The notes: generated by a model from the letters alone, not told the origin. DNA of 64,000 nt from Gammaproteobacteria bacterium (GCA_045105615.1 JBGCDS010000009.1:19783-83782); one strand, 5' to 3'. Positions 26,998-36,547 are shown, counted from the first letter of the stretch. Numbers and translations are program-made.

Positions 26998-28374
26998 TTG
27001 GGAAATTCTGTCGACCAAGCAACTAAAGTATTACATTCCTCGCTGCAGTCTTACTTGCAGTGTCCAAAGTGTGGTTGTGAACAGTTAAATAAAAATTCGA
27101 CTTCTTTTGACTGTGATCAATGTAATCAGTCCTATCCACAGCTAGAATTTAATAATGTTGCTATACCATTTGTATTTGAAGATGTTGATGCCGCAATTCA
27201 TGCGTGGTGTGCAAGAATTAATGGTTTTAAGAAAACTATTGGAGAAGAGATTGATCATATAAATGATCAATTAACAGATAAAAATATTAGCAAATTAACA
27301 AGAGGACGACTGAAGTCTTTATTGAAATTAAAAAAACAATACTGCCAACAAATAACAGATCATCTCAAGTGTTTTGATCAGTATACGGTAGAACAATATT
27401 TGTATAGCGGCAATAAGGTTGCCAAAAATCAAGGTGTTGATAGCTATGTTAATAATATATTCCGAGACTGGTGTTGGAATAATGGTGAGAACGAAGAGTT
27501 ATTAGAAAGTGTCAGTGATGTAATGAAGCCTGATTATTGTGCAGGCGAAACTTTAACACTAGGATCAGGCGCATCAAGATTTTCTTATGATTTTCATCAG
27601 CGTTATAAGTCTAAGCATTCAGTACTACTTGATATTAATCCAGTATTACTTGGCTGTGCAGCTAAGATTATTAACGGTGAAACGATAACGCTGAATGAGT
27701 TTCCTTTGGCTCCTTTGGAAATACAAGATTTTTCAGTTGAGCAGCAATGTAAAATTGATGATGAAAAGAAACATGAATTCAGCTTTTTGTTAGCAGACGC
27801 ATTAAATGCACCATTAGTTAAAAAAACATTCGATACAGTTCTCACGCCATGGGTGATAGATATAATCCCTATGGATTTTAGAGACTTTATTCCACAGGTG
27901 AATCGTTTGCTCAGAGTAGGCGGGCTATGGGTGAACTCAGGGTCATTAGCGTTTCTTCATCACAAACAGCAATGGAATTACTGTCAAGACGAAGTAGTGG
28001 ATCTGTTGAAGAAGTATGGTTTTGATGACATTCAAGTTAGCCGAAGTAAAATTAATTACTTGAATTCACCTCATAGTGCTCATGGACGTATTGAGAATAT
28101 ATTCAACTTTTCAGCAAAAAAGAAATTTGATTCTTTACCCTCGAAAGAATTTAATTATCTTCCTGATTGGATTAATAATCAAAATCTTAGTATTCCAAAT
28201 CAATCTGAATTAGTAGCAGCTTCCTCCACACATCTTTTGCAAGCACAGGTGCTTTCAGCCATTGATGGTGACCGTAGTATCATAAAAATTGCTGCCTTAT
28301 TAGCCAAACAGTATGACATGTCTGAAGACAGCGCAGTTGCAGCTGTTCGTCAAATTTTAATAGATAATTCTTAG
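26998..28374 (+). CDS. Class I SAM-dependent methyltransferase, carnosine N-methyltransferase (N2227)-like, with N-terminal Zn ribbon and C-terminal PqqD-like helical domain
   Basis: CPKC...CDQC; NIFRDW; LGSGASR; DTVLTPWVID; GGLWVNSGSLAF; C-terminal LSAIDGDRSI..IA..LA.QY. Confidence 0.75.
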   Translation: MGNSVDQATKVLHSSLQSYLQCPKCGCEQLNKNSTSFDCDQCNQSYPQLEFNNVAIPFVFEDVDAAIHAWCARINGFKKTIGEEIDHINDQLTDKNISKLTRGRLKSLLKLKKQYCQQITDHLKCFDQYTVEQYLYSGNKVAKNQGVDSYVNNIFRDWCWNNGENEELLESVSDVMKPDYCAGETLTLGSGASRFSYDFHQRYKSKHSVLLDINPVLLGCAAKIINGETITLNEFPLAPLEIQDFSVEQQCKIDDEKKHEFSFLLADALNAPLVKKTFDTVLTPWVIDIIPMDFRDFIPQVNRLLRVGGLWVNSGSLAFLHHKQQWNYCQDEVVDLLKKYGFDDIQVSRSKINYLNSPHSAHGRIENIFNFSAKKKFDSLPSKEFNYLPDWINNQNLSIPNQSELVAASSTHLLQAQVLSAIDGDRSIIKIAALLAKQYDMSEDSAVAAVRQILIDNS

Positions 28375-28463
28375 CTGAAAATCATTAATTACAGCTAACT
28401 TTTTTGCTTATAAAATAAGCTATAATGAAGTTAGTTATATGACTTTTTTCTCTAGATATTACT

Positions 28464-29912
28464 ATGAAGAATTCTATTCTATATATAGCTCTTGCATTAG
28501 TTTTTATCATTGTGGGTAGTGGTTATTATTTTAATACGCCACCACATAAAGATATTTTCGGCAGAGCATTAGTGTTGATGTTCGTTGATGACAGTATTAA
28601 TCAAGCCGATCTCATTGCTGAGTGGGAAAGATTAGATTTATCGGTCGATGTTGTTGACGATTGTATGGCTGGCAGCAGTGCTAAACGCATTGCCTGTCAG
28701 GATAAATATATACAAAGTGCTTTATTGAGGGCTGAGGGTGCTCGTAAACCTCTACTCTTGTTAGCAGAGAAAGAGTCTTCACTAACACTATTTTCCGCCA
28801 TAAATAAGAATGATGTAAGTAGAATAACAGCATTAATACTTTTGCAAGCTAGAGCCAGCGGAAATCATGTTGCATACAATGCAACTAAAAAGACGCTTGT
28901 TATTAGTGATGTAAATGATTTGTCTGAAAATGTATTAGCTGCACGAATACTAGCATCAACTATCAGAAATCATAATCACTGGGTATGGTCAACTATGTTG
29001 ATTGATGATGGCAAAGGTTTGTTATCTCATCATGTGTTACCTCATATGGTGTCTTATCTGATTGGTGGAAAAATAAATCCAGCATATCAAATCGAATTTA
29101 ATGCCGAATCCCGCTGGCAAAATCCGCTAGTTAATAATGATAAGTTTTTCGAATTGATCGAATTAGTTGAAGAGCATGAGGTTGATAACGATATACATCG
29201 AATTTTGAGAGCTTTTTATGCCTATGATCTTAACCTTTTAAAACAATGGCCTTTTAAAAAATATAAAGCGTTTAATTTAATAAAATATCGGGATTATTTG
29301 CCCGAAAATCAGAGGGGTCGATTTGCAGTCTTCTCAAACAGGAAGGGGCATAAATTCTACTTGGATTTACAACGTTATGAAAAGTATCAACCCGAATTTG
29401 TCATTGCTCTTGATGATGAAGAAAATCTTTATCGGATGACGTCATTTTATAAAACTAAAAGATATTACAGCTGGGAGCAAGGAGGACCAAGTAACGATAT
29501 GCTCTATTCACAATCTTTGGGGGCTTTTATTCATTTTCAAAATCCACCGCCAGCGCATATGGAACTACCTTATTTGCAATACTCATCTATCTTATTTGAG
29601 AGCATACAGTTTACAGATCAAGATCCTTATCTAGAATTCACTGATCTGAGTGGTTCAGCATTCGAAGTGCTTACTTTAAATTGTATTCCTTGCCATAGTG
29701 TTAATAAGATTGGTGGGGCTGCGCACCATTTAGATTATTTAACCGTTATGCCTCAGCCTGGTTTTGCTCAGCCATTGTTAAGCTATTCTAAAGATGTGCT
29801 AGAGAATTTCTTTTTTAATCAAACTGCAACTGCTCAATTGATTGGAGTGAATCCTAATTATGTCGAAGAGAAAACTGGTAAAGAGCTCATGACTTGGTTG
29901 CTAGCAAAATAA
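28464..29912 (+). CDS. Membrane-anchored hypothetical protein with a C-terminal CxxCH cytochrome-c motif
   Basis: N-terminal TM; CIPCHSVNKIGG at 29682-29696. Confidence 0.65.
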   Translation: MKNSILYIALALVFIIVGSGYYFNTPPHKDIFGRALVLMFVDDSINQADLIAEWERLDLSVDVVDDCMAGSSAKRIACQDKYIQSALLRAEGARKPLLLLAEKESSLTLFSAINKNDVSRITALILLQARASGNHVAYNATKKTLVISDVNDLSENVLAARILASTIRNHNHWVWSTMLIDDGKGLLSHHVLPHMVSYLIGGKINPAYQIEFNAESRWQNPLVNNDKFFELIELVEEHEVDNDIHRILRAFYAYDLNLLKQWPFKKYKAFNLIKYRDYLPENQRGRFAVFSNRKGHKFYLDLQRYEKYQPEFVIALDDEENLYRMTSFYKTKRYYSWEQGGPSNDMLYSQSLGAFIHFQNPPPAHMELPYLQYSSILFESIQFTDQDPYLEFTDLSGSAFEVLTLNCIPCHSVNKIGGAAHHLDYLTVMPQPGFAQPLLSYSKDVLENFFFNQTATAQLIGVNPNYVEEKTGKELMTWLLAK

Positions 29913-29915
29913 CTA

Positions 29916-30383
29916 TTATTTTATTTTGCCTGGCATGTTGACGTAAACTAGTCTTGCATTAGCAATCCTGTGTACGCTAACTGGCGAATATTGCTCATAT
30001 AGATATCTTTCTACGCCATCTCGATATTGCTCTTGTACTGAGGCCCAAGTTACCAATAGGTCATCACCAAATTTATTAAGTAACGAGCTATTTCTGAGCA
30101 TCTGTAGTTCATTGGCAATACGTCCATGGCCAATTCTAATCACATTATTCTTGTTCTGAGGTTTCCATACAATATAGTTGCCACTAGCTTTCACCTGTTC
30201 CAAATTTAAAGTGTTTAATTTGCACCAACCTTGTTTTTTATACTTTGCCCATTTCACGGAAAGTTTTAAAGGCTTCTGAGTGCTAAATATTCCTGATTGT
30301 GACTGATAGCGTCTATTCACCTTGGGTGAACTGGCAAAAAGCTGTAGTGCTGAGTAAATTCTTGGGCTGTCTGCTAGGCTCAT
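29916..30383 (-). CDS. Hypothetical protein, degenerate GIY-YIG-like fold
   Basis: SGNYIVW...VIRIGHG.IANEL...VTWA...RDGVERYL...YSP spacing follows the GIY-YIG layout. Confidence 0.5.
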   Translation of the reverse strand: MSLADSPRIYSALQLFASSPKVNRRYQSQSGIFSTQKPLKLSVKWAKYKKQGWCKLNTLNLEQVKASGNYIVWKPQNKNNVIRIGHGRIANELQMLRNSSLLNKFGDDLLVTWASVQEQYRDGVERYLYEQYSPVSVHRIANARLVYVNMPGKIK

Positions 30384-30449
30384 ATTCTGATTAATAATTA
30401 TACAATTGATTAGTAATCATGCTTGTATTTGTAAAATTTATCTAGATAT

Positions 30450-30465
30450 TGTGATCTAAGTAACA
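30450..30465. promoter_or_regulatory. CRP/FNR-family (CRP/Vfr-like) binding site candidate
   Basis: tgtga-tctaag-taaca matches 9/10 of TGTGA-N6-TCACA; lies 67 bp upstream of the 30383 start. Confidence 0.45.
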
Positions 30466-30683
30466 AAATAATAGCATATATTGTGATAAAGGCAAGCTTA
30501 TGAGCACTAGTTAAAATAATTATTAAGTAGGACGGATAATTGACTCTTATATGACGTGAAATATGAGCGCTGATTGTATTTTGTACTTTTGGTGGGAAAG
30601 ACTATTTTGCTTAGAGAAAATTAACGTCAACCAATGTCAAAGTGGCGTTTATAAAAGCTTTGATGACGCTGATGTGAAGTTGA

Positions 30684-31655
30684 TTATTTTATAAGATGTG
30701 CTGTTGGAAACTCAGCGAGTAATTTTGACCAGCTACTTTTTTCAACGCTAGGGTTGAATAAATAACGGCGAGATTTACATTGTTGAATTAAAGTTTGATA
30801 AAACTTAATGTCAGACTCGCAACGCAATAACAATTTTTTTATTTGTTTTGTGTTTTCAACCTCGAAGTATCCAGAGTATTTTTTTCCAAGTAAACCAACA
30901 GAGCCTTCTATGTCAGATGAGATAATTGGAAGTCCAGCTACAATAGCTTCTGAAATAACATTCGCGCCACCTTCCATACGTGATGGAAGTATCAGTAAAT
31001 CTGCTTGAGAAAATTTCAACTGTAGTAATGACTGAGAAATTTCTCCATGCCATTGATAGCGTCTATTCTTAGCCATTTCTAATTTAGCGTTATGTTCCCA
31101 TTCTTGTGTATGAGCTTTGCCAAAATGAGAAATCTGTATCCGACTACTCGAAGGTAAGGAGCGAATAGCATAGGCAGGACGTAGTGAATCTTTCTCATCA
31201 CGTAAGTGCCCAGCAATACATACATCGAAAACATGATTGTGACGCGTTTTTCTTATAGGTTTTGTTTCCGTTGATTGGTAAATAATACGTGCTTTGTGGT
31301 GATATTGTTGTGGCAAAGAATGTGTGATGTGGGCGTGCAAACCAATGAGTCGATCAGCATACGAAATTGACTTGAGAGTCTGTTGCTTATGTGTATGTAG
31401 AAAGCGATAAACATCAGTGCCAGTTAATGCAATTAATAATGGTCGAGTAGGGTGCCTCTCGGCAAATAGTTGTATTGAATCTGCGCTACGCCATGCATGT
31501 AATGCCAGCATAAGATCAACATTTTCATCAGAATACTGCTGCGCGACCGATACTCTGTGGCCTAGCGATTGTAAAATATTTCTCCAGCGGACTGCGGTTG
31601 TACGATTACCATTACGTGAATCAATTTTTGCCGGACTTATTAGCTGGATATGCAT
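30684..31655 (-). CDS. senB: Selenosugar synthase, GT4 glycosyltransferase (TIGR04348-type)
   Basis: ISPA...NGNRTTA.RW, ALHA.RS, LTGTD, GHLR.EK and SRMEGGANVI motifs; neighbours are senA and selD. ATG 31655 preferred over 31685. Confidence 0.9.
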   Translation of the reverse strand: MHIQLISPAKIDSRNGNRTTAVRWRNILQSLGHRVSVAQQYSDENVDLMLALHAWRSADSIQLFAERHPTRPLLIALTGTDVYRFLHTHKQQTLKSISYADRLIGLHAHITHSLPQQYHHKARIIYQSTETKPIRKTRHNHVFDVCIAGHLRDEKDSLRPAYAIRSLPSSSRIQISHFGKAHTQEWEHNAKLEMAKNRRYQWHGEISQSLLQLKFSQADLLILPSRMEGGANVISEAIVAGLPIISSDIEGSVGLLGKKYSGYFEVENTKQIKKLLLRCESDIKFYQTLIQQCKSRRYLFNPSVEKSSWSKLLAEFPTAHLIK

Positions 31656-31717
31656 CTTACGATTAGTATAGTGGTAAAAACGCAAGCACGTCTGTGCTAT
31701 CGTGACGATACATCAAG

Positions 31718-33052
31718 TTGTCTAAGAATATAACTGAGTTGAGAATGACGTTAGCAAGCTCTGAGGACCTAATAAAGCAGTTAACTGATGCACGTGCTCG
31801 AACATGTGCATTAATTGACCAGTTGAGTGAGGAGCAGTTAACAGGTCCTAGACTCCCGACAGTAAATCCATTGCGTTGGGAAATTGGGCATGCAGCTTAT
31901 TTTTACGAATTTTGGATTTTACGCCATCACTATCAAGAACCTTCCTTAATAACCGGAATAGATGAATTATTTGACTCAATTCATATACCACATGAATCGC
32001 GCTGGGATTTAAAGCTTCCTACTCTTTCTGACACTATAAATTATATGCAACAGGTGAAAGATAGGGTTGTTCATCATTTATCTAGTGGTCAACAAGACAG
32101 TATTAGGAATTACTTAACTCAATATGCAATTTTCCATGAAGATATGCATTGTGAAGCGTTTACATACACTCGCCAAACTTTGAAATATCCAGAGCCAAAA
32201 ATTTCTTTAGATATTAAGCCTATTAAAAACCTTGATCCAATTATGGGAGATGCCTTTATTCCCGGTGGCTCTTTTATGCTAGGTGCAGAATCTAATGATA
32301 ATTTCATTTTTGATAATGAAAAATGGGCGCATGATAAAACAGTTGTACCATTTAAGATTTCTAAAACTGCAGTCAGTAATGAAGAGTATGAAAAATTCGT
32401 TAATGCAGGAGGCTATCTTCAACGTGAATATTGGTGTGCTCAAGGTTGGTTATGGTTAAGCGAGAATAATATCAAACACCCTGTTTATTGGAGATTTGAT
32501 AAGAAAACTAATTATTGGAAAGTACGGTTGTTTGATAAATGGCAAAATCTACAAGCAAAATCAGCGATGGTGAATGTTAACTGGTATGAAGCGAGTGCAT
32601 ATTGCCAGTGGGCTGGACGTCGTTTGCCGACAGAGCTTGAGTGGGAAGTTGCAGCATCAGCTGTCCCAACAAATAGTAATGTCTGTTTAAGTAATGAAAA
32701 AAGATATTACCCTTGGGGCGATGATGCAGCTAATTCTGAATATGCCAATTTCAACGGTGAAACACTAGGGCCGATTGATGTTAACGCTAAGCCTGCTGGT
32801 GACAGTGCCTTTGGTTGTCGGCAAATGTTAGGGAATGTTTGGGAGTGGACAGATACAATTTTTTCTCCATACCCGGGTTTTACTCCAGATATGTATGAAG
32901 ATTATTCGCAACCTTTATTTGGCAAGGCTCGTGTCTTGCGCGGTGGTTGCTGGGCAACTCGAGCTAGGTTACTGCGAAACACTTGGCGTAATTATTATGC
33001 AGCAGAGCGCAATGATGTTTTTGCAGGATTTAGGACCTGCGCAATCACTTGA
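31718..33052 (+). CDS. senA: Selenoneine synthase (EgtB-like DinB + FGE-sulfatase domains)
   Basis: VNPLRWEIGH; iron motif HEDMHCE; RLPTELEWE, GNVWEW, VLRGG and FAGFRTC motifs; clustered with senB and selD. Start probably ATG 31745. Confidence 0.88.
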   Translation: MSKNITELRMTLASSEDLIKQLTDARARTCALIDQLSEEQLTGPRLPTVNPLRWEIGHAAYFYEFWILRHHYQEPSLITGIDELFDSIHIPHESRWDLKLPTLSDTINYMQQVKDRVVHHLSSGQQDSIRNYLTQYAIFHEDMHCEAFTYTRQTLKYPEPKISLDIKPIKNLDPIMGDAFIPGGSFMLGAESNDNFIFDNEKWAHDKTVVPFKISKTAVSNEEYEKFVNAGGYLQREYWCAQGWLWLSENNIKHPVYWRFDKKTNYWKVRLFDKWQNLQAKSAMVNVNWYEASAYCQWAGRRLPTELEWEVAASAVPTNSNVCLSNEKRYYPWGDDAANSEYANFNGETLGPIDVNAKPAGDSAFGCRQMLGNVWEWTDTIFSPYPGFTPDMYEDYSQPLFGKARVLRGGCWATRARLLRNTWRNYYAAERNDVFAGFRTCAIT

Positions 33053-33068
33053 ATAAGAAACTACGATT

Positions 33069-34034
33069 ATGCCTGATAAGAAAATTCATTTTCATGATAT
33101 GCATCCTACAGTCAGCAATATGCTCGAAGATGTGGTCATTGGATTGCAACAAAGTCCTCGCTCTATATCTTCAAAATATTTTTATGATGAAAAAGGCTCG
33201 CAGCTATTTGATCAAATAACTGATACAGAAGATTACTATCCCACTAGAACTGAAATAAGCATTCTTCAGAAGTATAAGCAAGAGATTGTTGGCTTATTAA
33301 ATAAAAATTGTTTGTTAATTGAGCCAGGTGGAGGCAGTTGTTCAAAAGTGCGTATTTTTGTGAATGATTTAAGACCTAGCATATATGTGCCAATGGACAT
33401 TTCTAAGCAACACTTGTTGGCATCAGCAGAACAAATGTCTAAAGAAATTCCATGGTTAGATATACATACTGTATGTAATGACTTTACGTTTAAATTAATG
33501 TTGCCAGATGGGTTGCCTGATGATGCTCGAGTAGTATTTTTCCCTGGCTCTAGTATTGGTAATTTTAAGCGCTCTGCGGCGGTCCAATGCTTATCTGATA
33601 TTGCAAATCTACTTAGAGAATCAGGGCAGTTGTTAATTGGTGTTGATTTGAAGAAAAATAAAATCATTCTTGAGAGTGCCTACAATGATTCTGAAGGTGT
33701 TACTGCAGAATTTAATATGAATCTGTTGTCGCGCTTAAACAATGAATTGTCTGCGGATTTTGATCTTCAAGCGTGGAACCATTATGCATTTTATAACTCT
33801 GAAGAGGGGCGCATTGAAATGCATTTGAAGAGCATGTGTGAGCAGGTAGTAAGTATTGATGATCACGAATTTTATTTCGCCGAAAATGAAACAATACATA
33901 CAGAGAATTCCTGTAAATATACGATTGAGGAATTTCAGTCGCTAGGTTTAGAGGCTGGTTTATACCCTGAAAAAGTGTGGGTGGATGATAATAGTCTTTT
34001 CAGTGTTCATTTGTTTTCAGTGAAGCCTAAATAA
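33069..34034 (+). CDS. egtD: L-histidine N-alpha-methyltransferase (hercynine synthesis)
   Basis: KYFYDEKGS.LF, YYPTRTE, FPGSSIGN, AYND..GVT..FN, RIEMHL and HTENS.KY motifs. Confidence 0.95.
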   Translation: MPDKKIHFHDMHPTVSNMLEDVVIGLQQSPRSISSKYFYDEKGSQLFDQITDTEDYYPTRTEISILQKYKQEIVGLLNKNCLLIEPGGGSCSKVRIFVNDLRPSIYVPMDISKQHLLASAEQMSKEIPWLDIHTVCNDFTFKLMLPDGLPDDARVVFFPGSSIGNFKRSAAVQCLSDIANLLRESGQLLIGVDLKKNKIILESAYNDSEGVTAEFNMNLLSRLNNELSADFDLQAWNHYAFYNSEEGRIEMHLKSMCEQVVSIDDHEFYFAENETIHTENSCKYTIEEFQSLGLEAGLYPEKVWVDDNSLFSVHLFSVKPK

Positions 34035-34043
34035 AAAATAATT

Positions 34044-36308
34044 ATGCAAAATTCTGGAGCTTCAGTTGTCAAGGATTTGATTCTCGTAGGAGGTGGGCAT
34101 GCCCATGTCTCAGTACTACGTAAATTTGGTATGCAACCGATTCCTGGTTTGCGTATTACACTAATTACACGTGATATCCATACGCCGTATTCAGGCATGT
34201 TGCCTGGGTACATTGCAGGACATTATAACTATGATGAATGTCATATAGATTTAGGGCCGTTAGCGCGGTTTGCTAATGCGCGTTTATATCATGATGAAGT
34301 CACTCAGCTAGATCTGGAGAATAGATTAGTACATGTTCAAAATAGACCGCCTGTATCTTACGATCTAATATCGATTAATTCAGGTTCACGTCCAAGTGTT
34401 ATGGATGTACCTGGCGCCGATGAGTTCGCGTTAGTGGCTAAACCAATTGATGTTTTTTTACAACGCTGGGAAAAGCTACAACGCCAAGTAGAAGAGAGTA
34501 GTGGTGAATTTAAAGTCGTTATTGTTGGCGGAGGAGCAGGTGGAGTAGAGCTTGCTTTATCAGCTCAATTACGACTAAAAGCATTACTTTCATCTAAGCA
34601 AGATAATCCAAATAGACTGAAATTTAGTTTATTAACGCAGGGTTCAGGTATTCTCTTTACACATAATGAGGGTGTGCAAAAGCGATTTATAAAAGTGTTA
34701 GCAGAGCGAAATATTGATTTACTGCTTAACCATTCAGTAACAGAGATAACTCATGATAGTGTGATTGTTAAGGGTGATAAAAAAATTCATGCAAACGCAT
34801 GTATTTTTGTCACTAATGCTTCAGCACCTGAATGGCCTAAACAATCCGGGTTAAATGTTGATGATGGAGGTTTTATTAGTGTTAACCACTATCTACAATC
34901 TACCTCACACTCTGAAGTCTTTGCAGTAGGTGATGTAGCCTCTTTGCCGGATCCTCGTCCTAAGTCAGGTGTTTTTGCGGTAAGACAGGGACCAGTATTA
35001 ACAAAAAATTTAATATCAGCTGCGACTAATCAATCTTTAACAAAATATCGTGCACAAAAGAATTTTCTTGGTTTGATTAGTACTGGCGACAAGTATGCCG
35101 TAGCCTCTCGTGGTTCATGGTCATGGCAGGGCGAATGGCTATGGAAAGCTAAAGATTGGATTGATCGTCAATTCATGGGTAAATTTAATGTGCTTCCCGA
35201 AATGGATGATGATGGCTCTCCAAATTTTGCCACAGGCCTGGCTGATGAAGATGCAATAAAAGAGCTATCTACTTTAGCAATGCGTTGTGGTGGCTGTGGC
35301 GCAAAGGTAGGTAGTGGAATTCTTTCAAGAGTCATGCAGCGTTTGCCTGTGAATCAGAGGGATGATGTGTTGATAGGTAGGGATTCTCCAGATGATTCTG
35401 CTATGTTAGCAGTACCTGCAGGCAAAGTGATGGTGCAGAGTATTGATTATTTTAGAGCCTTTATTGATGATCCTTATTTGTTTGGTGCCATTGCAGCTAA
35501 TCATGCATTAGGTGATCTGTACGCAATGGGAGCTGAACCGCAGTCTGTATTGGCCTTGGCAACGGTCCCTTATGGGCGTGAAAAAATAGTCGAAGAATCG
35601 TTATATGAATTATTAGCGGGAGCGTTGAAAACACTTGAGTCCACAGGTGCCGTATTGGTGGGTGGTCATTCAGCTGAAGGTGCTGAGTTGGCATTTGGTT
35701 TAACCGTGAACGGTATTGTTGATCCGGATAAAGTCTGGCGTAAACAAGGCTTGAAAACTGGCGATAAATTAATATTAACGAAACCGATTGGTACGGGAAC
35801 ATTGTTTGCTGCAGATATGCGGCGCAAAGCTAAAGGCCGTTGGGTGGATAATGCTATTAATACCATGTTGCTTTCAAATCAGCAGGCAGCTCACTGCTTA
35901 CAGAAGTATCATGCTTCTTCATGTACCGATGTGACAGGCTTTGGCTTGGTGGGACATCTAATGGAAATGACAAGAGCCTCTAATGTTGATGCAGAAATTT
36001 TTATTGATGCTGTACCAATCTTGGATGGTGCAAAGCAAACCGTCGCAGCAGGGATATTGTCATCATTACAACCGCAAAATTTAAGATTGCGTCGAGCAAT
36101 AGAAAATATACAACTAGCCTCGAAACATTCAGATTACCCATTATTATTTGATCCACAAACAGCAGGTGGTTTGCTTGCTGGTGTGCCTGCTGAATATGCA
36201 CAACAATGCGTTGAAGAGCTAAATGCTAATGGTTATGCAGATGCCTGTGTTATAGGTGTGATTAAGCATGCTGCCGATGCAGATGCGCCAATTAAAATTA
36301 TTGTCTAA
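34044..36308 (+). CDS. selD: Selenophosphate synthetase (SenC role) fused to an N-terminal FAD-dependent pyridine nucleotide-disulfide oxidoreductase domain
   Basis: N-terminal LVGGGHAH, YSGMLPG, GGGAGGVE and FAVGD. C-terminal MRCGGCGAK, DDSA, GGHS, LTKPIGTG, DVTGFGL.GH and DPQTAGGLL. Confidence 0.93.
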   Translation: MQNSGASVVKDLILVGGGHAHVSVLRKFGMQPIPGLRITLITRDIHTPYSGMLPGYIAGHYNYDECHIDLGPLARFANARLYHDEVTQLDLENRLVHVQNRPPVSYDLISINSGSRPSVMDVPGADEFALVAKPIDVFLQRWEKLQRQVEESSGEFKVVIVGGGAGGVELALSAQLRLKALLSSKQDNPNRLKFSLLTQGSGILFTHNEGVQKRFIKVLAERNIDLLLNHSVTEITHDSVIVKGDKKIHANACIFVTNASAPEWPKQSGLNVDDGGFISVNHYLQSTSHSEVFAVGDVASLPDPRPKSGVFAVRQGPVLTKNLISAATNQSLTKYRAQKNFLGLISTGDKYAVASRGSWSWQGEWLWKAKDWIDRQFMGKFNVLPEMDDDGSPNFATGLADEDAIKELSTLAMRCGGCGAKVGSGILSRVMQRLPVNQRDDVLIGRDSPDDSAMLAVPAGKVMVQSIDYFRAFIDDPYLFGAIAANHALGDLYAMGAEPQSVLALATVPYGREKIVEESLYELLAGALKTLESTGAVLVGGHSAEGAELAFGLTVNGIVDPDKVWRKQGLKTGDKLILTKPIGTGTLFAADMRRKAKGRWVDNAINTMLLSNQQAAHCLQKYHASSCTDVTGFGLVGHLMEMTRASNVDAEIFIDAVPILDGAKQTVAAGILSSLQPQNLRLRRAIENIQLASKHSDYPLLFDPQTAGGLLAGVPAEYAQQCVEELNANGYADACVIGVIKHAADADAPIKIIV

Positions 36309-36310
36309 AT

Positions 36311-36547
36311 ATGAAAATGAAAAATCAATCGTTACTTCTTAATCCAATATTCTGGTTGCTTGCAAGCTTAACACTAGGTCTTGCTCCATTCTCTCCTGAG
36401 CCACATGTGTGGGAGAAACTTAAATGGGTGTTTTCAGGGGCGCAAGGAATGAAACTTATTGACTGGTTTGATTTGGTCATGCATGGAACCCCTTGGGCAA
36501 TGCTGCTGATAAGTCTTGCAAATAAATTTAAAAAACAAACAGGTTGA
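36311..36547 (+). CDS. Small conserved membrane protein
   Basis: LGLAPF.PEPH..EK and D.FDL..HG.PW motifs; two hydrophobic segments; starts 2 bp after the selD stop. Confidence 0.75.
   Translation: MKMKNQSLLLNPIFWLLASLTLGLAPFSPEPHVWEKLKWVFSGAQGMKLIDWFDLVMHGTPWAMLLISLANKFKKQTG

Noticed and set aside
31718-33052. Ordinary ergothioneine EgtB or ovothiol OvoA
   Set aside because: It is flanked by a SenB-type glycosyltransferase and SelD, has no C-terminal methyltransferase domain, and there is no egtC/egtE nearby. SenA fits better.
35280-35310. Selenocysteine (UGA) recoding in SelD
   Set aside because: Both residues of CGGC are TGT codons and the ORF is uninterrupted.
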